A stretch of 64,000 bases of DNA, taken from positions 9,517 through 73,516 of the forward strand of contig QPMI01000684.1 of assembly GCA_004431415.1 (NCBI GenBank), given 5' to 3'. Below, one piece after another: positions 15,001 through 27,843 of the stretch (positions are counted from its first letter, which is position 1; each line of letters begins with the position of its first letter). A model generated the notes under the pieces. It had not been told where the DNA came from and did no database searches. It worked only from the letters and a program-made list of their open reading frames with translations. This DNA is from Cyanophora paradoxa CCMP329. Its lineage: Eukaryota; Plantae; Glaucophyta. Made by a program: the position numbers and the translations under genes.

Positions 15001-18000
15001 GCCCGGCTCTCGTTGCTTCGGAGCTTGAGGCGGCGGGGCTGGCCCAGGCACCGTCGGCGCAAAGCGTTCTGGCCACAGGGCGGCCTGCGGCCGCGCCTGC
15101 TTGCACGTGGCGGGGGCCTTGGCCTTAAGCTTCGCGAACCCCGCAGACGCGGCGAGCTTGGCGAGCTCAGCGGCTCGCGGGGGAGGCGTTGCGAGGCGCG
15201 TTTGAATTCGATTTTACAGCTCGAGCTCGTGATCTTGCATATGCATGATCAGATGCATGATCATGATCAGCAGCTCGCGTACTGTGCACGTGCATACGCA
15301 TGCGGTACTGCCGCGGCTTGCCATCGATATCATGATCATGGCGTCACACCCCTTCTTGCTAGCACCGTCCGCGGTGCTCCGCGAGAGAAGGTGTCACGGT
15401 GTGCCAGGTACCGGCTAGCTGCAGCTGCCGCAAGCTTGAGCTCGAGGCAGACGGCTAGCGCATAGCTAGTGCACAGCGGAATGCGAAAGATAAAGCGGCT
15501 CGAGCCCCTGAGGGCCGCGCTATCGATATCGATATCGCTTCGCGGCTCAAGCTCTTGATCATGAAGTGAGCTCGAGACCGCGTCTCATAGCTAGGCCTTC
15601 AGCTTATAATTGATCAAGCTTGAGCCTTGCGTCGACGTTCGATGTGTGTGCCGCTGGCGCCGAGTGCATCACCGTCACCGCGGCGTTGCGTCGGATCCGA
15701 GGCCATGGCCAGCGTGCAGGCGCTCATGATCATGATCAAGAGTTGAGGCCGAGAGAAGCATCAGCCGAGGGAAGGCTAATGCTCTCAAGCTCGAGATCTT
15801 GGCCATGGCGGGGCAAGAGGGCCCTGCCTGCAGGCAAGGCAGCAGGTGGGTCCGCTCTGCAGTCGGTGCCCTTGAGCTCCAGGTCTTGAGGGCATTCTCA
15901 GGTCAAGCGACGGCGTAAAGCCACGCTAGTCCATGAGATAATGTGCCTCACTCGAGATCCGAGGCCGTCGTGGTCCACAGCAGCGGCGAGCAAGCTCGGC
16001 TGCGGCGATTCTGGAGACAGCTCGGGCGCGCACGCCTCAGCCATCGATCCGATCGCTCTTCCTCTCGCCCGGAAGGAACTCGGGCGCGCGGCCTCAGTTC
16101 TCAATCCGGTCCACTCGCCGGAAGGAACTCGGGCGCGCGGCCTCAGTTCTCGATCCGGTCCACTCGAGCTTGTCCAGCACGATCGCAGCAGCCGTAGAGG
16201 GCTGGCGTCGCGGCGAGTGACTGGCGACCGACCGGGAATAGCACCCTCGGGCTCGCACGGCAGCTCGCGCAGGCGGCGTCGACGAATCCGACCGGGAATA
16301 GCACCCTCGGGTATTCGCGCGCGGGCCTGGCTTCCACAGGACTAAGTTCTGGCCGTCGTAACCGCGCTGAGCCAGAACCTCAGCCCGCGGCCGTGGGCGC
16401 CAGGCTAAGCCACGCGGCTGCCCCCACGTCTCCTCCAGATCCGCTGAAGGATCTGCGGGCGAGCGGCTCGCCTGGCTCTCTATAGCTGGCCAGCGACCGC
16501 CCGCGCTTTGTGGGGCGCGCGCGGCGCAGGCGAGGTCCGAGCCCGTACGCGTCCAGTGCCAGGATCAAATCTGCCGACCCCAGCAGATCAAATCCCAAGG
16601 GCGAGGGCCAGGCGCGCACCCCGAGGGCCGTGCGCGTGCGCTGCGCCAGCACAGGCCGTGAAGAACTCCGGCGCGAAGCGCTGGGCTCGGAGTGCAAGGC
16701 TAGCGAGAGCCAGCACAGCCGATCGACCAGACTCATGCACGCCTCGGTCCAGGGCGAGGCTCGCCAGTCGCCGGTCGTCGTAAAGGTCTTCTTTTATCTG
16801 CTCGAGGCCGTACGCGCGGCGCTGCGCGGCGGGGCGCGCGTACGGGCATGGGCGTCGAGGTTGTCCCTCGGGGATCTGGACAAGATCTGCGGCGTCCGTC
16901 GGCGAGGGCGACGGGAGGGCGCGTCCGACCGCATTTATCGGTTCTCCAGAGCTAGTTCTACGTTTCCGGTGCGCTGACGGAGAGCCTGGCGGCTCGCTGA
17001 GGCTGATCGCTGTGTGCGTATCGATCGCACGCCGATCCGGGCCCGCCGGTGCGCGGGGGTCGCCGATCGGCACTGAAACGATGTTTCTAGAGCTACTAGC
17101 GATGCGTGCGCATCGCTGATGGTCGCCGAAGATGACGGGCTGATGCTGTCGGAGGCTGCCCACGGGCCCAGTTCCGTGAGCAGTGGCGCCTGTCGGATGG
17201 GAGGTATTCCCACCCGATTGGGCACCCGCGCAGTACTGCGCGGGGCCGGCTCCCTGTGCTGGAGCAGCTGTAGATGCAGGCTGGTGTATTCACTGTGTAC
17301 CCGGAAGACTACTGACTCTGTACCCCTAAGACAGGTAGAGGCAGGCCAGCGTAGGCTACCGAGAGGTAAGCCTACAGGAAGAGAGACTATGCTAAGCCAC
17401 TCAGGCTACGTCAGGCACCAACTAGCTCTAGTCACTAAGTCACCGCAAGGCCAGGGAATCGAGCCAGGCGACAAGGAACCAGATCTAGACCGGGCGCGCG
17501 CACCCCCGTCGCATCGGCGGCGAGCACCGAGACGAGCGCCCAGCGGCCGCCCGCGCTCCCGAACTGCATCCGCAGCGAGCGCGCCGGCCCAGCTGCGCGG
17601 CGATCGTTGTCAGCGTCCAGCTGCGAAACCGGATCTGATCATGAATTCGGAGGCGCACAGGCGGCATCCCATCGCGCGGGGCTGTTCCAGTCGACGGTCA
17701 CGTTGGCGAGCGCGTCGAAGACGCCGCTCGGGTCCGGCCCCGATGTCACCGCCGACTGCGGGAAATTAAACTCAAGATCAGCCGCTGGCCATGGCCAAGC
17801 GATAAATCACGATCGTGATCAAATCACGGGAGCCGTTGAGCGGCGCGCGCCTCGATCTGGCCGCGGCGCGGCTGCTCGACGCTGACGCCGTCGACGACGC
17901 ACTGCAGGCGCCCCGCGACGAGCGTCGACCCGTCCGCCGCCGCCGCCCGCAGCAGCACCGCACGCGGCGCCGGCGTCGCCGCCGGCCGCCCGCCGCCGCG

Positions 18001-21000
18001 CCGGCGCCGGCGGCCGTGTCGCGGTCGCGCACGGTGAACTCGGGCCCGGGCTCCGTGCAGCCCGAGGGCGACTCCTCGTCCTCCAGGAGGCACGCCACGA
18101 GGGCGTACTTGCCCCCGGCCGCGAAGGGCGGGGCGATCAGCGGAATGCGCGCCGAGTGCCGCCCGTTGCTGCTCCCGCTCGGGCTGCTCACGGCGATCGA
18201 CTGGACGACGCGGTGATTCGCGGCGCTCACAACGCTGATCTGCAAGCGGGGCGTCTCCATTGCGAAACACAAACGCGTGCCTACACCAGAAGGGCGCGCA
18301 CCTGGACGCTGCTGGCGAAGCCGCCGACCATGTAGCCCACCGTGAGAGAGGAGCCGAGCTTCGCCTCCGCCGCGTCGACGTCTCCTACGAGGCGGATCGT
18401 GCCTGGACGATTGCCAATGTACAATTAAAACGGCGAATCGAACTCGATTCAAGCGAATCGGAACACGAGCGCACTCTGGCCGATGTCGAGGAGGGCCATG
18501 TGGGCGCCGGCGACTACGTAGAACTGCCGCGGGGCCGGCCCGCCCCGCAGCACGACGGGCCCCAAGGCGTTCGAGGCGAGGCCCGGCAGCACCGCCGCGA
18601 GCTCCAGCAGCGTGCTCCGCTCCACCTTCCCCTCCGCCAGCGCCAGCAGGCCCAGTCGCGGCCCGGCCGGCTCGGAGCCGGCCAGGACCCGCCGCCGCGC
18701 TCCGCCCTTGTCGCCGTCGCGATCGATGGCGACGACGGCGTAGGAGCGGCTGACGAGGAGCAGGTCGGAGACGGCGCCGCCGCCGGGGAGCGCGGGGTCG
18801 CGCTCCTGCGGGACCTGCTCCCGGCCCGGCTCCGACGGGTCCGGGCGCAGCGGAAGGCGGAGGAGGCGGCCGGCGTCGGTCACGAGCACCGCGAAGCGCT
18901 CGTCGGGGCCACAGCGAGCGAGCGTGGGCACTCGCCCCGCGCCCGCACAACCACCGTCTCCACGCCGCCCGTCGCGTCCACCGCGTGCACGTGCACCGAC
19001 CCGCTCTCCGCGTTGCACCGCGTGCCGCCCGCCTCCGCCCGTGCATCCGACTGCAGGAACACGGCCCGCGTTGGGCGGGCCATCGGGGCCGTGCCCACGA
19101 GTACGATGGGCTTGGCGCTGGAGGCCGGGAGGGCGAGGCGCTGGGCGGCGAGGCCGCCGGGCGGAGGAGGACGCGGTAGACGGCGCCGGAGCGCGTGCCT
19201 ACGAAGACGGCGGCGGCATCGGCCCCGGCCCCGGCCCGGCGACGAGGGCGCAGGCGGAGGGCCCCGGCAGGTCGGCGGCGCTCAGCGTGCGGTTCGCGCC
19301 GCTGCTCGCGTTCATCGCCACGAATGTCACGTCGCCTGCAGAATTAGACGTGAGCGGCCGCGAAAATCGCGGTATCCGCCAGCGCTATAGTTGCGGCGCA
19401 CCTTCGGCGCCGTTCATGGCGAAGAAGAGGGTCTCGGCGCCGTCTGAGAGGGCGCAGGCGGCCTCGCCGGTGCGGGAGACGAGGACGGACCGGACGCCGG
19501 CGGCGCCGGCGGTGCCATTTGAATTTGCGCCCGGGGCGCCCACCGCGAGCAGGCGGGCGACGACGGGCTTCCGCGTCGCTGCGAGCCCGAGCCCGAGGCC
19601 GAGGCCGGAGAAGGCCGACCCGGCCCCAGCGCTCAGGAACGCGAAGGCCGCCCCGGGGCCCGCCGTCCCGTTCGGGTCGAGCGCGAGCGACGCGCGGCCC
19701 GCGGGCTGCGTGATGGCTGCGGCGCGCAGGGTCAGATCCAGATCTAGTCCGCCTTCATATTATTATTTCGTCCTGTGGTGTGCTCTCACTCGGGATGGGT
19801 ACGGCGTCGGTGGAGGCGGTGAGGCGCGGGTTGGTGGCGGTGCTCCCGTCGATCTCCAGAGTCAGGCTGTACACCGCCTCGATGTGACCCCGCGAAACCA
19901 TCTCCAGCGTCTGCGGAAATTTATGATCAGTTTGCGCAAAATACTGCAAAGTGAAGTGTAGGACAATCTGCTTCTGTCCGCTTGGCACCTTTCTCGCGGC
20001 GGCGAGGGCGCCGGTGGAGGAGCCGAAGTCGACGACAGCCGTCTCCTGCGCGAACTGCAGCAGCGCGCGGGCCGGCCGCCCGGTCCGCGCCTGCACCGAC
20101 ATCGCCGAGGGGAGGTGGCCCGTCACGTCCCGGATCGCCTCCGCCACCCTCGAGAATCGCTCTGCGCGAAGGCGCCTTCGGCTTTTGCTGCGCCGCAAAT
20201 TCGCGGGCCTGAAAGCAGTGTGTGCGGCGGACCGATCTCGGGGTCGTAAGTGAGTCTCGCGAGAACATTCTTGTCAAGCGGCGCCCCTGCGACCCCGCGA
20301 AAACGCGCGTGAAGAAACGGCTTCGTTGTCAGGCAATGCGCCGTTCGCGAGATCACGCACCGAGGAAGGGATAGGCGACGTTCGCGCGGGCCTGCAGCTC
20401 GGAACCCTGCAGGTAGACCTCGTAGATGCCGACGAGCGTGGGCGACGTCCCTGGGAGCGATCGCAGCAGCGAGTAGAACGTCTGATCGACGGATTAGTTA
20501 ACGTTGCTCGGAAATAAAAACCGGAAAAGAAGCCAATTGCAAGGCGCGCGGACAACGGAGTTTTGAGCATAGGAGGAAAGGAACGTGAAGCTAATGGTGG
20601 CTTCGGCCTTTCTGCTGCGGACGCTCGCGCCCCCCAACGAGCCGGAGCCCCGCTGCGCCAGGCGCCGCGCTGGGGATGCAGACGCAGAGCCGCCCTCCGC
20701 GACCGGCTCGTCCTTGAGGAGGACGGGGGCGATCGGGTAGGACGTGTAAGCCGCGATCCTCGAGACGAGGGCGGCACCATCAGGGACGACGCTCGGGTTG
20801 TAGGCGACAACCTCCACGACGCTCAGCAGCATCGGCGTCGGCGTTGGAGCCGGCGCCGTCGTGAAGGGCGCGGTCGCGGCGCGGGGCGACTCGCCGGCTG
20901 CGTTGATGACGGAGGCGCTGCAGACGTACACCGTACCGGCGCTCAGGCCGGTCACGTCGATGGTGGCCGCCTCGTCCCCGGGCAGGGCCGGGACGGCACC

Positions 21001-24000
21001 GGACCACGCGGCCGTCCCGGCGCCCGCGAGGACGCAGCTCGCTGAGACGCCCGTGATCCAGGACCCGCCATTGTAGCCAAAGGTGGCCTTCAGCAGCGCC
21101 TGGTCCCGCCGGATGGACGAGACGGTCACGGCGGACGGGGCCGCCGGCGCCTCCGCCGCCGTGAGAAACGGCGCCGATGCGTTCGCGCGGGATGTCCCCT
21201 GCGCGTTGCTGGAGTTTGCGGAGCAGAAGTAGGTCGCGTTGGGGAGGAGCCCGGTCGCCAGGAAGCTCCAGGTGGAGGTGCCGGCGGCCACTGGGCTGGA
21301 CCCCGTCCAGACGAGCGGGCCGCTGCCTCCGCTGCCGCTCGTGCAGGAGGCGGCGACCGACGTGATCCAGGCCCCGCCGCTGTAGCCCAAGACGATCCGG
21401 ACAGTCGCGTTTCTCGGATGGATGGCGGAGATGACGACGCTTGCCGGCGGTGCAGGCGGTTCCGCGCCCGTCGAGAATGGCTCCGATGCGTTTGAGGACG
21501 AGTTGCCGCCCGAGTTGCGCAGCACGACCGAGCAGGTGTAGCTGGTGTTTGGCGTCATGCCGTAGACGCCGAAGGTCACGGATGTCGCGACCTCGGGCGC
21601 GGCCACTGATCCGTAGCCCGACCCTTCGCTGGCGCCGGCGGCGGCCACTGCAGGAGCGCAGCGTGCCGAGGCCGACGTGATCCACCCGCCACCGTTGCCT
21701 CCAAAAAAGGCGGTCACGTTCGCGGAGCGCGCCGTCACGTCGAACATTGAGACGGTGCGGGGCGGGTCAGGCGGCTCGGCAGTCGTCACAAAGGCGGGCG
21801 ACGCAAAGTTCTGCGACGTGCCGACCCGCGTCGTTGTGTTTGCGGAGCAGACGTACGTCGTATTTGGTGTCAACCCCACGACATCGAACGTTGCCGAAGT
21901 TGCGTCTGGCGCGGAGGGGGCCGAGGCCGACCAGACTTCTGCTGACGTGTTGCCTGCGGGCGCACAGCTCGCCGCGGCCGAGACAATGAGGTCTCCGCCA
22001 GCAAAGCCGTAGGAGACGAGGATGGTGGCGTTTCGGGGCCGGACGCCCGTCGCGGCAACGGAGGGCGCCGCGGGTGGCTCGCGAAGCATGAGAAACGGCG
22101 CCGATGCGGCGTTCGAAGACGTCGTCCCGCTGCTCGTCGCGTTCGCCCGGCAGACGTACGTCGTGTTCGGGACGAGGCCGACGGCGATCAGGACCGACCA
22201 GCCCTCGTTGGCGGAGGGCGTCGCGACAGCGCCCCAGTGAGAGGGGCCGCCGGATGCGGGGGCGCAGCTGACGGAGGCACGCGCGATGGCCACGTCGCCA
22301 TTGTAGCGGTAGCGCACGAGGACGGTCGCGTTGCGGCTCTGCACGTCGTACACCAGCACCTCCGCCACGCCCGCCGCCGCTGATGCCCCCGCCGGATGCG
22401 AGCCTGGAGGGGGCCGGATCGGGACGGGAAGCCGATTAGTAGCTGCGGCGGGGCAAGAGGTTTGCACCGTTGATGCGGACGGCAAACGACGTTGCTGCGG
22501 AAGAGCTGTTCAGGCCCCCGACAGCAAAACTGTCCGCCGAAGCTCAGCCCCATCAGAGGCATCCGAAACGAATAATGTTGGAGCCGCAATCGGGCGCACG
22601 TGGTGCAGGTGAAGGAATCGGATCCCGAGGCGGCATACCGCAGGCTGTAGGCAGGCCCGGAGACCGCCGCATTTAGCTCGCTCGCGACCAAGCCCCCGGC
22701 TGGTTGGAATTCAGGGATTCCGCTACAAGAACGTGCAAAGAATTGCACACTCGTAGGGTCGATGAAGAGGGGCCGGTAGCCGTCGCCCACCCAGAGGAGA
22801 AGGTCGCCGCACGCACCGAGCACCGCACCCGCCTCGGCTGTGATCGGCCCGAGCGTTGTCGTGAGCCCAGCGTTCCAGTGGCGGGCCGCCACGACGCCCG
22901 CCAGCGACGTGACTAGCCGCCATGTCTTTGTTCCCGGCGCCGCCAGGTCGATTTCGCTGCAGGATCCGGAGGCATTCTCAGCGACAACACCCGGTCGTGC
23001 ACGCGATCGCAAGCAATCGATCGCGAGCTCAAAGCGGCCCGTGCGCACTAAATCGATGTCGAAGGTGCACCGTCGCCCCATCCGATAAACCACTTCGACG
23101 CGATGCGAGCGTGAGGGGCATGGAGGCCGAGGGAAACGGGCGACGAAACGTTGTCGAAAGCCCACCCTGCCGCCGCCGTCCACCTACAACCGAGCCCGAA
23201 CAGGGGTTAGATCGCATCTTTTCCACTCTATTTGCCACGTTACCATGTAGACCCGCGCACCTCAGCAGGTCGCCGGTCGCGAGGGCGCTCCCGCCCGTGA
23301 TCCACAGGACTCCGTTGTAGACGGTGCTCGCTGCGTGCGTGGCTGTCATCATCAAGCGACTTCGGCGAAGCAGTACCGGAAAAGCTTCGACTACGATTCT
23401 AGATCCGAAGAGATGCACCGTGCCCGTAGATAGGTACCGGCATTGCCGGGCCATCCACACGAGCGTCGAACGACACGGGAAATCTGCAGAACATGTCCTT
23501 GGCTGCCCCGTCGAAGCCACCTGTCTCCGACCGCAAAATTCAATCGATATCAGACTCGGACGTCCGGTTCGCGCGAAACTCACGCGCGGATGCGCACCGG
23601 TGCAAAAGACGGCGCTGTCTTCGTTGTAGGAGCACGACGCGCTCCGAACCGCGACCGGAAGCGTCGCACTTGCCACGGCCCACAAGAACGCGTTGGAGTC
23701 TGCGGAAAGACGATAGATTTGCAGATGACGATAGGCGTTCAGGGAACGCTCTCGCCTGCATTGAGAATCACGATTTCATTCATGGCGTTCGTGCCGTCCG
23801 CCAGTGACGCGCCGCCAAGGCTTGCCAGGTGCAAGCCTCCGCCTGCCCCGCGGAAAACCACCCCCGCGGCGAGCAGCCGGGCCGGGAAGGGGCCAGGCCC
23901 GCCCTGCACAGTCTCCAGCGCGTGCGGCAGCAGCGTGGAAAATTCGCCGGACGACACCGAGCTCGACGTCTGCCCGCCCTTCGTCGCATTGGCGGTGCAG

Positions 24001-27000
24001 CTGTACGTGGCGTTCGGCGAAAGGCCCGTCGCCATCAGCGTCGCGGCGCCCGTCGTGCTGTTGATCGCCGAAGTCTGCCCCGTCCATGCCGCGAGCCCGA
24101 CACCCTGACCTGAGGGGACGCAGCTCGCGGCGACGCTGTCGCCCGCGACGCCGCCCGTGTAGCGCAGCCGCACAGTCACGAGGGCGTGCCGGGCACCCAT
24201 CCCGCCCATGGTTACCGAGCTGACTCCGGCTTGACCGTCTGCGTGATACGATGCTGCATGCGTGCAAAAGTGATCGATGTGCGACACCGCGTATACGACT
24301 TCCGACGCACCAGAAAAACGATATGCGTCGGATTTTAGCGAGCCGGTCGCCGAAAACCCCCCAAAGGAGATGCTGCGCAGCAAGAGCAAGTCAGCAAGCG
24401 GCTTCGGGATTGTACATGTGAACGTGAAGTAATTCTATAACAGCTTGGAAGGGGGAAGAGCTTACACCGTGCAGGAGAAGGCTTCGAAGGAGGATGCCGG
24501 GGCGTAAAAGGGCAGGAAAGGGCCGATCTGCTCAGAGGTCGATGCGTCTGCCACGACCTGACCGCCTGCGAAAGCGACGCAGCCGTCGGCCGGCATCGTT
24601 AACGTGTGTCTCTCGCGAAACAGAACAGAAGCGTTTCCAATTCGCGCACTGACAGAGTCGATGAGAATGGGGCGGTGGTCCATCCCGGCCCACAGCAGGT
24701 GATAGCCGCAGCCTCCTAGGGCTGCAATCGGGGCGGCGCCGAGGCGAGAGGCATCCACGGATGGAAGGCTGGCTAACAGGCGCCATTGCTTGGTGCCAGT
24801 TGCAAAGAGAAGATCAAGCTCGCTGTAAGCGAAAGAATTAATGCAGAATGGCATGTGGTCGCCCTACATCGCGGACGCACAAGATTGCGGTGGCGTTGAA
24901 CAGTGCGAACCAGCGCGACCCGACGCGCGCATGAGGCGCGGATTGGGCGATGTTCAACGCCGGAGAGGGGGTTAAGAGGCTCTCGATGACCCAGCCAGTC
25001 AACGCGGACCATCTGCAAAAATACGTATGCAAATCATTGAATGCGACAAGCGTCCGCATCCAGTTTTCGAACCTCATTAATCTCCTTGAAGAAAAATCCG
25101 TTCCTCCGTGCCCAGTAACCCAAAGCGATCCCGCAAAGAACGTGCTACCTTTTCAGCGGTGTGAGGTGCGAAATTGCAATTCGTCACGTATGCGTCGCGC
25201 TCATAATTATGCACGCGCGCTTACAGTGGCCAGCGACTGTGGATGGCAACCTGCCAAGGTCCACGCGCCTTTCGAGCGTCGCCGGGAAGCTCCAAAAGAG
25301 GTCCAGGGCAGCGCCGGTCTCGTTGAACCCGCCTGACACGATTCAAATTACACGGTGCAGTAAAGCACGTGCATGCACGGCCACCGAAGCACCGGAGCAG
25401 TAAACGGTCGAGGCCTCATCGTACGTGCACGACGCGGAGTAGACCGCGGCAGGTGCTGTCACCGAGGCCAGGAACCACGCGTTGGAATCTGCGAGGAGTT
25501 GAAGTAGGTCTAGGAATGCATGTGCAGGGACTGCAGATCCCCTTCTGAAACAGCGCACCGGCATTGAACACGTGCACCTCGCTTGTAACGTTAACGGAAC
25601 CGGCAGAGGAACTTGTTGCCCCGCCGATCGCGGCAAGGAGCCTATCGCCCGTCGCGCCGGCCGAGCTGCGGAACACGACGGCTGCAGAAGCAAAGCGCGG
25701 CAAAATGCCGGACGCGGCAACCCGCACAGTCTCGAAACCTCTGGCATCTTACGCGCGCGCATGAGGCACTGAAAGCTCAAATGCTTATCATGGCATGCAA
25801 ATGCGACCGTCCCGGCGCACCTTTCGTCGTGAACGGCGGTGAGGCGGCATCCGCTGACGTCGCCGTCGCGGTGCTGATGTTCCCGGAACAGGTGTACGTG
25901 TTGTTAGGCACGAGCCCGGTCGCCCAAAAGAAGGCGTTCCCGCTGCCCGCGCGGACGGACACGCTCTCAGTCCACACCGCAGGCCCGCCCGCCACCAGGG
26001 CGCAGCTGGCCGCGGCGGCCGTGATCCAGTTGAAGCCGTTGAACTTGAACGCCAGGCGGATGCGCGCCTTGTCCCGTTCCACGGTGTCCACAAAGAGGGA
26101 TTGCACCACGGGCGATGTATTGGCCAACAGGGTGGCTGCTCGCAGAAGATGCGCATGCGTCGGCAGGCGGAAAATTAGACATGCTTGAAATCACGCATAC
26201 CGTTCACGCGGTATACTATTGCAGAGAATGACCCAGCTCCAGCATACCTGGGCGATCGCAGGCCGTAGTTATAAGCTTGAATATGCGCGCGTTCGGAGAG
26301 ACTCGGTGGCACTCACGCTGTGCAAGCATACGGCTCGGAGCCTCGAACGGATGCAGTGATTTCATACAGCGGGCCCGTGTTGCTTTTCGCCGTCTGCGCA
26401 TTTGCGACCACGCGTCCCGCTGTCGCGCGTGCGCGATGCATGTGCACACGTTCAGAAAGAGGAAGGGAAGAGATCACAGATATTGGTACCGTTCAGCGCA
26501 CCGGCCGCGTCCAGGAGCATGGGCCGCACTCGGATCGGCATTAAGAGGAGGAGGTCTCCGCAGCCGCCGAAGATCGGGTTGTCGACAGGAAAACCCGGAA
26601 GGACGGCGGGCGAAATAGCCTGTCACATGCACGCGCCCCCATTACGGTTGACGAGTGCGCCAAAGCATTGTGTGTCAACCCGAATTTTTATCGCACCGTG
26701 CGCCAAGTCTTTTGAAGAAACGGACGCGACAGGTCGATTTTGCTGCCCGGTACGGGAATAATGCAGAGAATAAGACCAGGAGGATATAAATAAATTAAAT
26801 GATTAAGCGCACCTTATTGTGTGGTCTTGGCTGGTTGAGCCCCAAGCGACGTACCACTTGCTCCCGAGCCTAGTGCAGGTCGCAAAGAGCTTGATGTTCA
26901 CCGTGTTCGTTGGCGATTCGATGACCCAGCCGGTCTCGTGCGAGTAACTGCCGTGAAGCCTCGGATGCGAGGGGCAGCGTGTTTAAAGCCACATGTTGAC

Positions 27001-27842
27001 GCGCACCGGAGAAGCTTTCCTTGCGTCCCAATACCCCATCCTAGGCATGCGTGAGCGCCATGCAAGCGGAAACATGTTTGAGGCCCGCGCGGACCTCCAG
27101 TTGCCCAGACGTATTTATCATAAACGGTTAAACCTGCGCGAACAGCATCGGGGCCGCGGCATGCTCCGTATACATCCACACAGATCGAAGCAGCTCACAG
27201 TGCCCGACGAGCTCTACTGGCATGTCCTGGAGGATCGAGCGCGTGTCGAGCGCCACGGAAAAGCTCCAGAAGGTGCGGAGCTGAAACGGCGTCGCCGTGT
27301 CGTCGTGCCCGCCTGTGCATGCAAGAGAAAGCTCGAGCTCGTTTTACGTGCGCCTGCAATTGCAAAGGGCGCTCAAGACGCACCCGAACAATATATCGTG
27401 TCAGCTTCGTCCCTGTAGAAAGTCAGTTCATGATATTTTATTTAAGGCCTGGAAGCGAAATTGATAAATGCCGCACGAACCAAGCGCAGGCGCCCTCTCT
27501 ACCAATGAAAGGCTGCTTGATGCTGGGCCAAATCCACGTCCCAGAATCGAAGTCGTAGTACTGAATCATATCCGTGTGGACAGCAGAACCGCCGACGACA
27601 GCATATCCCCCCACTACGGCCAGCTTCAAAGACCCCGAAATGTTCCGAAAAAGCGCTCCGGACGCCCAGGAGCGCCAGGCGACGTTCGTGTTGGGGGCAG
27701 CAGGAAGCGTGTCCACCTGGAGCTCGATCCAGTCTGGCTCAAGGTGTTCGTCGGCATAAGAAGGGCAGAGGAGCGGAAAGAGAAATCTTAAAAGTAAGCG
27801 CGTGTGTCTCACTGGACGTGGTGAAGGCTGTCGAGTTGACAT
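1..27842 (-). CDS. Very large multi-exon host gene: putative secreted/surface protein with Kelch-like propeller segments and FN3-like repeats; runs off the left edge; exon boundaries approximate
   Basis: Minus-strand exon fragments separated by ~60-90 bp GT..AG introns. N-terminal hydrophobic stretch RLLLRFLFPLLC after ATG 27842; Kelch-like motifs (LFVTGG..LFVYDLALASW, AVFGG..LRVYDSLGASW); FN3-like repeats. Apparent splice continuity at ~19790/19716 and 17503/4769 suggests one gene, but two genes cannot be excluded. Confidence 0.5.
4813..5095 (-). repeat. 3' LTR (283 bp)
   Basis: TGTCGGATGG...GCCAGGCGACA; identical by eye to 17191-17473; contains the perfect palindrome CCCGCGCAGTACTGCGCGGG (4847-4866). 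Confidence 0.95.
5096..5111 (-). promoter_or_regulatory. Polypurine tract (PPT) of the LTR element
   Basis: Minus strand reads TCAGCGGAAGAGGAGT immediately before the LTR's TG; this sets the element orientation. Confidence 0.7.
16064..16167. repeat. ~52-bp tandem duplication inside the LTR element
   Basis: CCGGAAGGAACTCGGGCGCGCGGCCTCAGTTCTC(A/G)ATCCGGTCCACTCG occurs twice; GACCGGGAATAGCACCCTCGGG is also repeated at ~16230 and ~16290. Confidence 0.85.
17191..17473 (-). repeat. 5' LTR (283 bp)
   Basis: Same sequence as 4813-5095; followed by TSD AGGAA. Confidence 0.95.
20560..22380 (-). CDS. Large exon of the host gene encoding about five tandem fibronectin type III-like repeats
   Basis: ORF 20494..22485 has a ~100-aa repeat: P.AP..V.....RNATV...YNGG.WITS..ASC....W......F.V.GL.PNTTY.C.AN....G.S..AS.PF.T. 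Confidence 0.7.
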
Positions 27843-27843
27843 T

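Larger units (their letters stand above)
4813..17473 (-). mobile_element. LTR retroelement, apparently non-autonomous (LARD-like), 12,661 bp
   Basis: Two identical 283-bp direct repeats with TG..CA ends; 5-bp TSD AGGAA at 4808-4812 and 17474-17478; polypurine tract abutting the left LTR on the minus strand; no recognisable RT/RNaseH/IN motifs inside. Confidence 0.92.

Noticed and set aside
17160-17190. Primer-binding site matching initiator tRNA-Met
   Set aside because: Only short, gapped similarity (GCGCCACT, GGGCCC); not supportable without host tRNA sequences.
4813-17473. DIRS/Ngaro tyrosine-recombinase retrotransposon
   Set aside because: Simple direct LTRs with TG..CA and a 5-bp TSD fit an integrase-type LTR element; no split repeats or YR seen.
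36-19961. Numerous long Arg/Pro/Gly/Ala-rich ORFs (also 55758-63958)
   Set aside because: Shadow frames caused by stop-codon scarcity in very GC-rich DNA.
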